DNA of 64,000 nt. Origin: the human T2T-CHM13v2.0 reference genome, Homo sapiens. The position numbers and the translations under genes were made by a program. How positions within the stretch are numbered: position 1 is the stretch's first letter; each line of letters opens with the position of its first letter. The notes below the pieces were generated by a model that saw nothing but the letters and a program-made list of their open reading frames with translations, did not search any database and had not been told where the DNA came from. Shown here in pieces: positions 30,611 to 44,740 of this stretch. The DNA lies in the NCBI RefSeq assembly GCF_009914755.1, contig NC_060932.1. One strand, written 5' to 3'.

Positions 30611-31213
30611 CTCTGCTTTTCCCACCCCACTAAGCTGCTTCTAATAGGGCCTTCCATATGCAGTTACAGCATTAGCACAGTAAAATCTCCATAGACAGCT
30701 GCACAAGCTCCCCATTTAGTTATATTCTGACAGTGAAGTACTGAATAGCAGAAAATGTGGAGTCTGGGAACTGTCTACAAATGCTGGTTCTGTCACTTAC
30801 TATGTTGCTTCAGGGAATTATGTAAACTTCTGGGGCCCTTAGATGCTATAACTGTAAAATTGGGATTTTTAGCATTGTTATGAAGGGGATACATGTAAGA
30901 AGCAACCTGTAAACAAAAAAATTACATGCTTATCATATTATTCTTTGACAAATGGTGCTGGTTCTCATAACCCTATAATGGCAGATTTTCAAGTCGCTTT
31001 AACTGTGATAGAGTCAGACCTTAAATTAAAAACTTTAGATCTTTGACATTGCAGAGGCTGTGTTCTGAGATCTTTAAGAATCTCATTTCCTTTCTAAGTC
31101 GTATGTTTCTTGTACGTATCCTCATTCCACGTGCTCAAATGTCACTGAAGTTTTATGTCTCACCTGATGGGAATTTTTTCACAAGAGCGCTGTTCACAGG
31201 AAGTGAACTTTAA

Positions 31214-31585
<372 letters not shown>

Positions 31586-31719
31586 TGATATAGTTATTTG
31601 AGGACCACTCAAATGAAATCATAAATATTAACTTCATGTATATCAGGATGTACTCTGCATTCTCATTCTTTCATTTCTCCTTAACATTCTCCCTCATTTT
31701 TTAAAACATATATGTGCAG

Positions 31720-32610
31720 TTTTGGGTTGGGGGTGGGGGCTTGGTTGTTGTTTTGTTGTTTTTTCCTACACCATTTGAAAGTAAATTGCAGAATATATAA
31801 CATTTCAGGTCTAAATACTTTAGCATGTATCTCCTAATAAGAAAATTCTTTATAATACGTGTCATTATGCACCTTAAAAAATAACAATTTTCTAATCTCA
31901 TCTAATGTCAAATGCATATTCAAATTTTCCTTAACTTGTCCTAAAATTACTTTTATACTGTTTTGCATATAGAGTTTCTTGTTTTGCTTTCCCAAACAAG
32001 AAGTTCAAGTACACTCGTAGCATTTGATGGTTAAATTTCTTTGATATATTTTAATCCAGAATAATTCCCTTACCTTATTTCTTTGTTTGTTTTCATGATA
32101 TTAACTTCTTTTAAGAGACTAGGCCAACTTTCTTGAACAATAGTCCATGTTCTGGATTTCTCTGATTGTTTTATGTATGTGTGTCTATCATATACCTTGT
32201 TACTCTATCACCTGTTTTTGAAAAGTTGAAGTTGGCTCCAAAGATCTGATTAGAAACAGGTTGCATGTTTTTGTCTAGAACAACTTGACAAGTGATGCTT
32301 TGTATTTTATATCTGGAGGTGCATATGATTGTCCCCTCTTAGTGCTACTAAGTTTCATCACTTGATTAAAATGGTGGCAGCCTGGTCTCCCAGTGTTAAA
32401 GTACTTTTTTTTTCCTTTAACAATTAGAATAATTTATGGAACAATTATTTGGCTCATATGAGTATCCTTTCTACAACCTTTCATCTAATAGTGTTAGCCT
32501 CCATTGATGAGCCTTGCTTATATCATTGATTCCAATGGAGGTTGCAAATTGGTAAATTTTGAATTTTATGTAAAATTTAATGCTTTTACATTTACTAATA
32601 TTCTGCTGTA
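31720..32610 (-). mobile_element. Old L1 (L1MC/ME-type) 3' fragment
   Basis: accatttgaaagtaaattgcaga...ctaaatactttagcatgtatctcctaa...tttcatgatattaac...ttctggatttctctgattg. Confidence 0.6.
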
Positions 32611-32923
32611 AAGAAGATCTTTCCCTTATTAGTAGGGGATGTTTTGTATCTTGTTACAGTTCATATCAGTACAACATGTTTACTACCAATTATCTAAAAT
32701 ATCAGCCTTAGATTGCGGAACTGAGTTATAGATCAGTCATAATTTATATTTCATTTATACTCTTTAAAGCATTTTGGTGTACCTTAATGTTGGAAGTAGA
32801 GAATGGATGAAATTTAAAGCAGTATTTCAAAATGGCAAGTACTTCTAAGAGACTTGGTGAAAAGAGATTTCGACAAATCACTGGCAATATCAGCAAATAT
32901 TTATAGACCTAAAAATAACTTAT

Positions 32924-33233
<310 letters not shown>

Positions 33234-34434
33234 CTAAAAGAGCTAACCGTATGGTTGTATCCCAAAAAGCTATCAATATGCACAGTGTGGATAAATAGTT
33301 AAGCCCGACAAGAAGTAATCGAGTACAAATCATTTGGACTATCACCCTCTTGCTCGAGCTTTGGTAGCCTCTCAACTTCACATCTCAACACTCATAGCTT
33401 TTGTAATTTGGGCTCAGTTTTTTGTGGAACCCACTCCCCCATTACTTTACATGTGCTTGGTCATTGCACCTCCCTTAAATGCACATGGTCATCCCTATCT
33501 TTGCACCTTTGCCATGCTGTTTCCCTTGCTTACGAAGCTCTCTTCTCACCTCTCGTTAAGTCCCAATCTGCCTATTTTTCATGTCCAGCTCAAATCCCAC
33601 AGCCTCTATGACATACTTCTTCCCTGACCTCTCCAGATAGTACTTCCTATCTGTGTCACATCTGTAGTATTTGACTCAGTTTCCTGTTTGGTCTTCTAAT
33701 TGGTTTCTATTAGTAAATCACATCACCAAACTATTAAAAATCCTTGAGGACATGACTACCCGTGAACAAAAATTAAAAATCTCTTTTCACATTATTTTGG
33801 TGAGTTTTTGCATTGCCCTTGGAATATCTTTCTGAAAGTTACCAATAGATGTGAAACTATTGGCAAACTAGGCTCTCTCCTTTGTGTAGATTCTTTTTCC
33901 TTCTAATATCTATCACCCTACAAAAACAGACTTTCCTATAAAAGTTAAGACTGGAATTTGAGGATTACTCACCATCTGTTTCTTTGTAAATTGTGTGAAG
34001 GCCTGGTTCTTTTACTATGATTAAAAGAAAGGGAAAAATATGGTAAGCAGAAATTAATCTGGCATTTAAATATTACAATGAAAACAAAAGATAGGCATAA
34101 ATTAACCTGCATTTAAGTATTACAATGAAAATAAGGCTTATTTTTTTTCCTTAGGTTGAATCTTTTTGTTTCTTATATTAACAATTTGCACACTGTTTTA
34201 AATGGAAATAAAACAATGGTGTTTTGTGCTTCTACAGATTTTTTAGAAAATCTTCATCCCACTCAACATGACATTGTTTAAAATTGTTTTAAATACCTTT
34301 TCTTTCTGCCTCCTTAACAAGAGCACTTTTTATTTACACAGTTCTTTGCATCTGATGATCTCAGAGCCTTCGCTGATATTTCTTACCACATAGTGATTAC
34401 AAAGCTGTTACACTTTTTGTTTCTATCTCTGCAG

Positions 34435-34576
34435 AAGCAGGAGGTAAAAAACTAAGGAGCACTGTCCAAAGAAGTACAGAAACAGGCCTGGCCGTGGAAA
34501 TGAGGAACTGGATGACTCGACAGGCAAGCCGAGAGTCTACAGATGGTAGCATGAACAGCTACAGCTCAGAAGGAAA
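34435..34576 (+). CDS. RIMS2: RIMS2 shared exon (EAGGKKLRSTVQRSTETGLAVEMRNWMTRQASRESTDGSMNSYSSEG)
   Basis: Acceptor tttctatctctgcag|, donor AA|gtgagt; 142 nt, phase 1 to 2; conserved RIM QRSTETG motif. Confidence 0.97.
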
Positions 34577-35904
34577 GTGAGTGAGGCTGCATGTGATGTG
34601 TGTCTCCTCCGTGCCTCACCTATCTCACTCTATGTGCTTTCACAGAGATTTTCCAACTCTCATGCTCTTCAGAACCACTTTAATTTTCACTGGCTGATTT
34701 CCTGTGAAGAGAACTTTGCTCACCTGCCACTGAACAATGTGACATATCTGGCTTTTTATATCAAGTGAAATAGGTTTGAGGATAAAGTGTTTTGCCTTAA
34801 TGGCAAGTTGCTAAAGTGTGACTCTTACAATGCAATGCAAATAAAATATTTTGCCCTAGCTTGAAATAATATATAAAAGCCCAAAAATAATAAGCATGCA
34901 TGCCACACCATGTGAACAATGCTAGTTTTAAGAATCGCCATCCTGAGAATTATTGCTAAAAAATATGGAATGCTGGCGTATACTTAGTTCCATGTTGCAA
35001 CAAACAACTATAATTATTTAATTATATTAAATATAACAGCCAAAAAGAAATGCCACCAAAAAACTTGGGGAGCCTTTTACATAGTTATGAAGTAGCTTTC
35101 CTTTGAATCAACTGTCTCAGATATTTTTAAAGCATTTTTAGCTTGTGTAGTTCTGTCACCAACAAATTAATAGTACTTAGCAACTAAAGATCTGGAAGTG
35201 GGGCTGTAAAGGACATTAACAAAGGAAAATGGGGTTTACTGGCCTCACTGTCATCACTGTGTAAGTATTAGATGTTTAGATAACCTATGTGTGGCCAGTT
35301 TACAGATGTGAGGCCGTAGGAGCTGTTGGCACAGCATGAATGGTATGTCTCAGGATAATTTGTCTAGCACAACAACATAAATACAAGAGATATAACTGGT
35401 TTCTCTACATTTGTAAGTAGGCTTATTTGGAATACTTATAGAAACAAACTAAAACATTTGTATTAACTAAATATTTGAGAGTTGAGGTCGGGGGGAGAAA
35501 TAGATTTACTATTCATTAAGGAAGTCTAAAAAGAGAGGGAAAATCAACTGAAAAGTGAATGTGCACTGAGCACTAATCATTGCAAAGAACTATATTAGAT
35601 ACTGTTAGGGATATAAAAATGTTTACACTATAGCCCCTGCTCCAGATGTTTATAGTCTTATTGGAAAAAGAGGATGAATACCCATAAATTCATTCAACAA
35701 ATATTACCATACCTTCCAGTGGGCCAGTCACTGTGCTGTACGTTGGGGATGTAAGTCATAGGAGGGAGGGAGTAAATCTCCATGGCTAAGATTATGGGCT
35801 TTGCAGTCATATAGGTCTGGTTCTCTCATCTGGGTCTTTTCTTTTCTTTCTTTCCTTTTTATTTTTTTTGTTTGTTTTCTTTTCTTTTGTTTCCTTTCCT
35901 TTCC

Positions 35905-37830
35905 TTTACTTCTATAGAACATACAATATTTCAGGCATGGTTCTAGATGCTAGAGATACAGCAGTGAACAAAGCAGACCCCATCTCCCCAAAAATAAAAT
36001 ACTCTCATCACATTTACACTCTCATAGAGAAGACAAACAATAAGAAAAATTGTTAAAATGTATATAAAAGAAAAACTAGTAAAATTTATAGTAGATTAGA
36101 TAGCATACATGCTAAGGAGAAAAATACAGCAAGGAAGAGAGATGATCAAGACGGTGGAGGTAAGATTTGCCACAGGATAGACGGGGAAAGGAAATATTCG
36201 AGTGAAGATCTGAAGGAATTTAGTGAGCAGAGGGATATCTGAAGGAAGAACATTCTAGAATGAAGATTGCTTCAGAGGCCCTGAAGCAGGAGCTGGCCTG
36301 GTGTCAGCAGTGAGGAGGGCAGCACTGGGGAGGAAGGGTGAGAGCAGTAAAGGATGAGGAATTAGGGCATGTGGCAGGGGCGGGGGCAGCTTATGTAGAC
36401 TTTATGTATTGTAAGGACTTTGCTTTTACTGAGTGGGATGAGAAGATGTTGGATGGTTTTGAGCAGAGGAGTGACAGGATCTGACTTCTGTTTTTGGCAT
36501 ATCAGTCTGAGTGCTGAGGGGGCAAGGGGCAAGGGGCCAGGACAGCAAGGGCAGCAACAGGGAGAGCATTCACAAGGCTGCTACAGGAATACAGAAGCTA
36601 GGGAATGGTGGCTTGGACCAGAGTGTAGCATTAGTGAGGTCAGATTCTGAATGTATTTTGACAGTAGAGCAAGTAAGATTTATTGATGCATTTGATGTGG
36701 GTAATGAGAGAAAAGAGAGTATATTTGTTTGCCAGGGCTACCATAATAAAATACCACAGGCTGGGTGGCTTAAAAAGCAGGAATCTATTTTCTCACAGAT
36801 CAGTAGGCTAGAAGTCCAAGATCAAGGTGTCTGCAGGTTTGAGTTCTCCTGAGGCTCTTCTCCTTGGCTTGCAGATGGCCACCTTCTTGTGATGTCTTCT
36901 CACAGCATTTTCTCTGTGCTTATCTACTCCTGGTGTCTCTTCCTCTTCTTATAAGGACATGGGTCATATTGGATTAGGGCACCACGCAAATGGCCTCATT
37001 TAACCTTCTCTCTTTAAAGGGCCTATGGCCAAATACAGACATATTGAACTTTAGGGCTTCAACATAAGAATTTTGGGGTGACACGATTCAGTCCATAACA
37101 GAGAGGAAGGAAGAAAGATGGCTCCAAGGTTGACCAGTTGGAAGAATGAAGAATGAGGTTACCATTTATCAAGATGGAAATCTTTTGACAGGACCAGAGT
37201 TTGGATTTTTTGTTTGTGTGTTTGCAGTTGGGGGACAGGAGCATGGAGAGAGTCAGTTTTAGACAATTTGAGTTTCAGGTGTCTATTACATATCCAAGCA
37301 GATATGTAGACTAAGCAATTGGAACATAGGTCTGTGGCCCAAGGGAGAGATCCAAGCTGGAGATGCCAATCTAGGCAATAGCAGCATAGATGGCATTTAA
37401 AACCATGAGACTGGATGAGATTATCAAGGGAATTCAGACATAGAAAAAAGATAAAAGGTCAAAGGATCGAGCTCCAGTGTTTAGTGTCAGAACTAGCAGA
37501 GGAGGTTAAGGCTGAGTGGCAGAAGGAAAAGTGGGAAACCAGGAGACTGGAGTGTGCAGAAAGCAGTGGGAGACAGTGCTTCAAGGAAGAAGGGGCAAGG
37601 AAAATTGTGTCAAATGATCAGATAATTTTAGTGGAGTGGCAACAAGGAAAACATGATTAGACTTTCAAGAGAGAATGAGAGGAAAGAAATTGAAGACAGC
37701 ACATAGAGACAATTATTTCAAGGAGAGAAATGGGGTAGTAACTGGAGAGGGAAATGGGGTCAGGAAAGGGATTTTTTTATATGGTGGAAGAAATAACAGC
37801 ATATTTGTATGCAGATGGGAATGATCCAGA
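35905..37830 (+). mobile_element. L2 LINE (interrupted by MLT1)
   Basis: caggcatggttctagatgctagagatacagcagtgaacaa...ttttgagcagaggagtgacaggatctgactt...ttcaagagagaatgagagg. Confidence 0.75.
36720..37100 (-). mobile_element. MLT1A/B solo LTR with 5-bp TSD
   Basis: tatatttgtttgccagggctaccataataaaataccacaggctgggtggcttaa...attcagtccataaca; gagag on both sides. Confidence 0.85.
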
Positions 37831-38226
37831 AACATTTCTTCATGTATGAAATAGGAGAAATAATGGAATCTATCATAGTGCAGCTAAGAGGATTAAATAT
37901 GATAAAGCCTGGATGGAGTAAGTGCTCAATATGTGCTGAGTGTTACTCATAGAAATCACAGTCTGCCTTTGAGACCAAGGAAGAGAAAGACTCACCAGCA
38001 GAAGCCTGCAGTGCAGTGTGACAGGTGCTTCTGGTGTCATACTTGGGCTGCTGAGAATATGAAGGAAGAGTCCTGGGAGGTGGAACTGGGTATTTGGATC
38101 CAGTAAATATAAGTGACAAAATAATAGGACTAGTCTTGCCACAATAATGAGGCTAGAATGAAACCAAGCTTACCTGAAAATAAATAGGGGTTGGGGATTT
38201 AATCTCATATGTTATTTTGCTTTCAG

Positions 38227-38339
38227 TCTGATTTTCCCTGGTGTTCGCTTGGCCTCTGATAGCCAGTTCAGTGATTTCCTGGATGGCCTTGGCCCTGCTC
38301 AGCTAGTGGGACGCCAGACTCTGGCAACACCTGCAATGG
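38227..38339 (+). CDS. RIMS2: RIMS2 exon (NLIFPGVRLASDSQFSDFLDGLGPAQLVGRQTLATPAM)
   Basis: Acceptor ttttgctttcag|, donor G|gtaaga; 113 nt, phase 2 to 1; RIM-family FLDGLGPAQ(L/F)VGRQ motif. Confidence 0.97.
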
Positions 38340-38412
38340 GTAAGAATTTCTGCCACATGATTTCACTATTTTGTTTTAGATTGTTGAAAATGAAATTCTC
38401 TAAATTTCATAG

Positions 38413-38418
<6 letters not shown>

Positions 38419-38465
<47 letters not shown>

Positions 38466-38479
38466 TCTCTCTCTCCCTC
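38419..38479. repeat. (CT)n microsatellite
   Basis: About 20 perfect CT units plus degenerate units, abutting an Alu poly-T. Confidence 0.95.
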
Positions 38480-38481
38480 TA

Positions 38482-38832
<351 letters not shown>

Positions 38833-39037
38833 TAAGAATAAAAAATATTTAACCATTATTTCTCTTTTAATTTTAATGCTTTTTAAAGGAAGATATTATT
38901 GATAGAATTTTAAGTATATTTGAATTTAAGAAAATATATGGGAAATGATGAAACGATGTTAAACCAAGGTCTTTGACTCTATTTTCCTTAGTGCATTTGT
39001 ATATTAAAGCACATTTGTTCCTTCCTTCTTCCATTAG

Positions 39038-39139
39038 GTGACATTCAGGTAGGAATGATGGACAAAAAGGGACAGCTGGAGGTAGAAATCATCCGGGCCC
39101 GTGGCCTTGTTGTAAAACCAGGTTCCAAGACACTGCCAG
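39038..39139 (+). CDS. RIMS2: RIMS2 exon, start of C2B domain (GDIQVGMMDKKGQLEVEIIRARGLVVKPGSKTLP)
   Basis: Acceptor cttccttcttccattag|, donor G|gtaaaa; 102 nt, phase 1 to 1. Confidence 0.97.
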
Positions 39140-39785
39140 GTAAAAACAAAAGAGATTTTTCTATTATTGTCCATAATCCATATTGTTTCAATTTAGAGAC
39201 CTTTTGATTGGTTTAGACCTTTGATTTAGTTAATCAAGATTACTAATGGATGGTCCATTATGACTGGTCTGGTGCTGGAGTCATTTGTGTGTTTATCCTG
39301 AATGAGTGTTCAGTGAGGATGATCCGGTGGGGATAATGTAAGTTGTTAAATAAGTACATACATAGTAGAAACCACTGCAAAATAAAAACCACCCCACTTA
39401 GATCATTCATTTTGTCACACCATGTACACAAGGAGTTCTTTTTTCTTATTAGCTAGTCTTTTGTGTTATTCTTCAGTTTCTCTAGAGCTTCAAAATTCTC
39501 CTCAGGAATCCATAAGTCTCTGGAATTAGAATAAAAAATAGATACAGGCTCCAAGAGTAGCATAAGCTATGTATGCTGGATATTCTAATTATAAGACTTT
39601 TACTTCCTATAATCTGAGGAAAGAGAGGCACTATTATAACTTCTTATGCTACATATTTCAAATTGAAATGTCATTTTAATCTAAGGTGCATTGAAGCCAT
39701 GGAAGGTGCTACAGTGCTCCAAATACATTGTGTAGAGATCGTTTGATAAGATGTATAAAACAATTTCTGAGGATTCTGAAACTTG

Positions 39786-39899
39786 ATTTCTAGCCTCAGC
39801 ATCTCTACTGATTGACTTGTAATTTTGACTCTCAACTTTTCTATTTCTAGCTTCAGCATCTCTACTGATTGACTTGTAACTTTCACTCTGAACTTTTCT
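39786..39899. repeat. 57-bp tandem duplication (2 copies)
   Basis: atttctagc(c/t)tcagcatctctactgattgacttgtaa...aacttttct at 39786-39842 and 39843-39899, 4 mismatches. Confidence 0.95.
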
Positions 39900-40568
39900 A
39901 TCCTTGCAGAAATTTTTAATTATAATATATAATCTGTTATAACCTTGCACTGGTGATTAAGACAGTTGTGTTTATATATGTCTTAGAGCTAGTCAACTCA
40001 CTCTGCTATAAAAAAATCATGATTTGTACATGCATGAAAATGGTTTTTATGAAGTGTCTGTTGGATAAATTTTAAGCCATAGATTGTCTAATTAGTTGCC
40101 TCTTAGCTAATTTGATCAATATCACATGAAATTCCACTACTGTTATACCCACACCACCACCAGTAAGTACTTTTGAGTGATAATCACTATTTGTGGGGAT
40201 GAGTGAATGAAACAATATAGCTTCAAGCATGTTAAATAGATTTAAGTATTGATAAATTAAAGACTGAGCAGGACATCTCTCAGGACTGGAAGCATTTCCC
40301 TTTATTTAATGCAGTGTGTAAACCTATATAACCAGTTGATGAAAAAAATGATAATAAACTCAGAGGTTATGTCAGCATCCCCTAAAACTCCCTGAAAGAC
40401 ACAGTTATCCACTGTTTATCTAATGATTTTGACAGAATGCAGCTAGGCCAGTGGCATGATTGCTAGCTCTTTCAGCCAAAGATTACTAAACTGGTAAATG
40501 TCACCGTGCGTCGGCCATTTCATGTCCATAGTTTATTGCTCATTCTCCTCTGTGTTTTCTTTCCCAAG

Positions 40569-40708
40569 CACCGTATGTAAAAGTGTATCTATTAGATAAC
40601 GGAGTCTGCATAGCCAAAAAGAAAACAAAAGTGGCAAGAAAAACGCTGGAACCCCTTTACCAGCAGCTATTATCTTTCGAAGAGAGTCCACAAGGAAAAG
40701 TTTTACAG
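40569..40708 (+). CDS. RIMS2: RIMS2 exon, C2B (APYVKVYLLDNGVCIAKKKTKVARKTLEPLYQQLLSFEESPQGKVLQ)
   Basis: Acceptor ttttctttcccaag| (AAG type), donor CAG|gtatct; 140 nt, phase 1 to 0; PYVKVYL and polybasic KKKTK C2 motifs. Confidence 0.97.
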
Positions 40709-41146
40709 GTATCTACTTAATTGTTTATCCCTTACCTAAGAAAGTATTTTTCATGGGGTCAGACATTATACCCCAAATCTTTTCTGTTGTATTCTTTTAT
40801 GTTCCTCACAAAGGAAATTCTTTGGAAACTTTTCAAAGCAGTGGCCCGTGCTATAAAGCAATATACGTTGTCATTTTCTTTAAAGTGATTTACAGACATG
40901 CAAATCCCCACCACACGTAAATTCCAGTCTCTCTGGATTTCTTATGACCTTAATGCTTCAGTACAATTTCCCTAGTGTACCTTTAGATACCACTAGTTAA
41001 AGACAACTATTCTATTATGCAGATTTTAACTTGATCTTTGATGTCAGAAAATTAACTGAATGTACTTTAGTATTTTAATATATTTTACAAGTTTTTCTAT
41101 GTACACAGTTACACTGACATCACTCTACTTTTTATTTTGCCAACAG

Positions 41147-41365
41147 ATCATCGTCTGGGGAGATTATGGCCGCATGGATCACAAATCTTTTATGGGAGTG
41201 GCCCAGATACTTTTAGATGAACTAGAGCTATCCAATATGGTGATCGGATGGTTCAAACTTTTCCCACCTTCCTCCCTAGTAGATCCAACCTTGGCCCCTC
41301 TGACAAGAAGAGCTTCCCAATCATCTCTGGAAAGTTCAACTGGACCTTCTTACTCTCGTTCATAG
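41147..41365 (+). CDS. RIMS2: RIMS2 terminal coding exon (IIVWGDYGRMDHKSFMG...RRASQSSLESSTGPSYSRS*)
   Basis: Branch-like ctgac at 41114, acceptor ttttgccaacag|, TAG at 41363-41365. Total gamma CDS is 142+142+113+102+140+219=858 nt (285 aa). Confidence 0.98.
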   Translation: MIVWGDYGRMDHKSFMGVAQILLDELELSNMVIGWFKLFPPSSLVDPTLAPLTRRASQSSLESSTGPSYSRS

Positions 41366-43980
41366 CAGCTGTAAAAAAATTGTTGTCACAGCAACCAGCG
41401 TTACAAAAAAAAAAAAAAAAAATCACAGGTTGCAAACCCTGGTAACACTGCATGCTTAATGTTGTGTCTTCTGAGCCTGTTTCTAGGGATACAAAGCAAT
41501 CCTGTGTTCTCAGAGGAAGTTGCACACATTGTGCCCTAAAGAAGGCCCTCAGGTGAAAGAGCAGAGCTGTGAAGAACTATCAGATTTGGAATTCAATGAC
41601 ACTCGAGTTCTGGTCCAATCTGAAGCCATGGATTAATCTCAAAGAATCAGTCAGTTTCATGCAACAGAAGCCCTTTTCAATGGCACCTTTATATTTTTAT
41701 CATTCCTTTTTCTTCATTTATCTAACCCCAAAGCCCTGATATGCCACAGAAATGGAGCTATACAGCCATGAAGCGGTGTTACAGGTGAGGAGTGTAATCC
41801 TAGGAAGCATCAGGTGAAAAGCAGGAGACCAAAGAAGTGGTCAGGAACAATCATCAGCCCTCCTCTGGGCGGGAATCAGAGCAGTCAGTCCAGCAGGAAG
41901 AGTGGCAGACTTTGTAGCTCCATGGGCACGTCATTTACTAATGCTAAGATGTGTTGGACTCTGAAAAACAAAATTCTGTGGCTACACTGTACTGAATGAA
42001 ATTAAAGAAACTTTTTTTGCATGGACACAGATTAGCTGAATACTTAAATTATTTTCTTGGGGCTGCAACTTGCAAAAAAAAAAAAAAGAATAAAAATCAG
42101 CCATTTTCAACAATTTATATTATTTTTAAAAATAAATTTCACTAGTGCATGGTTTTAAAAAGGAGAGAGAATGCAACAGGGTGATACAAAGATACACCAT
42201 GTTTATTCTTTAATCATAGTCTGTGTTTTGGCAGACATTACAAATGGAAATACTTTCTAGAAGATACTTAAAATTCTCTTTATGTGACAAATAAGTATAA
42301 TATATTCAATTTATTTCCATGTTAAATATACAAATCTTATGAAGTTCAATATGTGCAAATTTTTCACATCTTTCTCCTTCTCTCACTTTACCTCTTCTCC
42401 CTCTTTTAAACTTTTCTTTCTCCCTGCCAGAGTGAACCTTATACTAAAAAATTACAAGTTTTGATCTGATCCTCTCTCATACCCCATGTTTGATTCAGAG
42501 CTGTAGATGCCTCTGAATTTGCGAATTTCTCAAGGGAAAATTAACTTTAAGAGCTTTCTTTATTTCAAGCATGTTGAAAAGGATTTTGCAACATGACTTG
42601 GGAGTACATTAAAGTAAGTCAGCATGTATTTGACGAAGAAGATATTTGAACTTTTGCAGTTTATTGTACAGTGCATGGTAATTTTTTCACCTTTAAAATT
42701 CAGTTTACAGGAAAATTCTAAAATCATGTTGCCATTGTGATGTCCAATAAATTTGTTTTTAGCACCAGCATTATTCATACAGGGGTTAAAGTATTATTTG
42801 TAGAAGGTCTTAGGTTTTGTTTGTTTTTTAATCATTTAAAGCAATTTCTTTAGCCAGTTTCCATTTACTATGTGAATAGAAGCACTGCTAAAAATTGGGA
42901 ACCCTGAAACACAGGGCTGTTTATTAATTCATTTTTCTGTAGTAAAATTCAATTTTTCACAAATTATATTTCTAAAGAAATATAGTAAACATAAATTTGC
43001 AACAATTTTAAAGCTCCAGTTTTTAGGTGACTCAAAGAAAGTCATTATGCCTATTAATAGTTATTTGATGCCATCACCAAAAGTCTATGTGAAAATCTCC
43101 TAAAGTCAAAACCCCTGCCTTTGGTTTTACAGACGGTTATTACCATTGGGTGGAGCTGCAAGGTCAAATTTCTCCTAAGTTCCCCTATTTAGAGGAAAAG
43201 TCACTGGTTATTGTAATAAACCACCCATGGTTCTTTATGTACATTTTGATAACACATTATTATAGCTTGATTTTAATTTTTTGCATTAATTTTTGAAATC
43301 CACATACATCTCATTTGTTTAAATTAAGGCCATGCACAAATATTTTTTTTAGTTCAGTGCTGACCATTAAAAACTATCATGCTTGATACGGTGCAAAAGT
43401 TAAAATGAGTATCACTAAAAATGCCTTCTTTTTATGTGGTGCAATATGAAATACACCAAGACTGTGTCTTGACATTCTGATGGACCCAGGTAAAGTTGTT
43501 AAAAGAACGAATAAAACTTTATTAAAATAATTTAGACACCTGTGTACCAGCAACAATTGATTTAATAGACCTATAGTGTCTATACTATCCCTTAGAATAA
43601 AGGTTTATGATTTTCCTGATACTAAGATGCAGTCACATAATCTTTTGTGCATATTCCTATACAAATTATTTCTAATTTTAATAAGAAGGACGTGACTACG
43701 GAATATTTGTACATACTTGTCATTATGCAGTATTTATTTAAAAGTTGGTGTTTTTTTTTTTAATTTTCACATCTGCACCTCGACTTGTGGTTTAGTCATG
43801 TAACTAGCACTATGCCAGTGACCGTTGTTGCCCTGTACATAGTATGTTTGAAAAGTAAAGGGAATTCCAGTTGGGAAAAAAGGGCAGATTAGTCCTGTAA
43901 TGAACACCAACTAATGTAAATCAAATTCATTCTGGTGATGGTATTTAACACTTTAAATAAAACATTTTCTTTACAGGCGT
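41366..43980 (+). other. RIMS2: RIMS2 3'UTR with multiple polyadenylation signals
   Basis: Repeat-free AU-rich tract; AATAAA at 42089, 42131, 42746, 43215, 43510, 43596 and 43956. End inferred from the last signal. Confidence 0.75.
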
Positions 43981-44740
43981 CTGCAGTGCTTTCTCTGACT
44001 TTTCTCCCCACACAGCCCTGAGCCTGCTGCAGCTCATTCCCTGAACTCATGTGTCATTTAAAGAATGAAATCACCGTCTCCTACTTCTCGATAACATAAG
44101 TGGACTGCTGGTCTTAGCAGCGGCCCTCAGTAGAGCATTTCTTTAAAACGCCAAAGGATTTCTGCTCACACTATGAAAAGGTGCTGTTTTTTAAAAGGTT
44201 GTTATTTTGGATTGAGTTTCTTTCTGATTAAATGACTCAGCAACTCACAGATTTTTTGAGTGAAATTTTTAATTTAGTCATGGCCTTCACTGACAGCATA
44301 GTCACAAATACTCAGGCACAGGCTCTGCTAGCCCCTGGGTGAAGATGGCGAAGGCATAACTGGCTTTATGCAGCATATGTGTTTCTGCTAAAGTGTCAGT
44401 TTTGCTTTGTGGGGAGTGGAGGGTGTGTTTTCGGGATGGGGAGACGTGGTAACCTGACATGTAACAACCTGTCCGGAGACTAGCTTCTACGTGTGGATAT
44501 GAATGGGTGAGAGGATTTCTCCATATCCTTCTGGGGCGATTCCTCAACTGGGAGAAGGAAACCCTGCAGAGTTCTCATGGGAGTCTGCTTCAGGTTTGAA
44601 ATTTAAGAGCTAGTTTGGATTCATGTTTAGTAATCGAACTGAAATCTAAGTCTAGCTGTCTCTCTATTCTTGGAAACAACCATTTCCTCCATTTCCAAAG
44701 ACTCAACTCGAGTCCAATTCCCCCTATCTGTCCCATATAT

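Noticed and set aside
40709-40716. Donor GTATCT as a U12-type intron
   Set aside because: It reads GTATCTAC rather than GTATCCTT, and no TCCTTAAC branch box is seen at the 3' end. Treated as a weak U2 donor.
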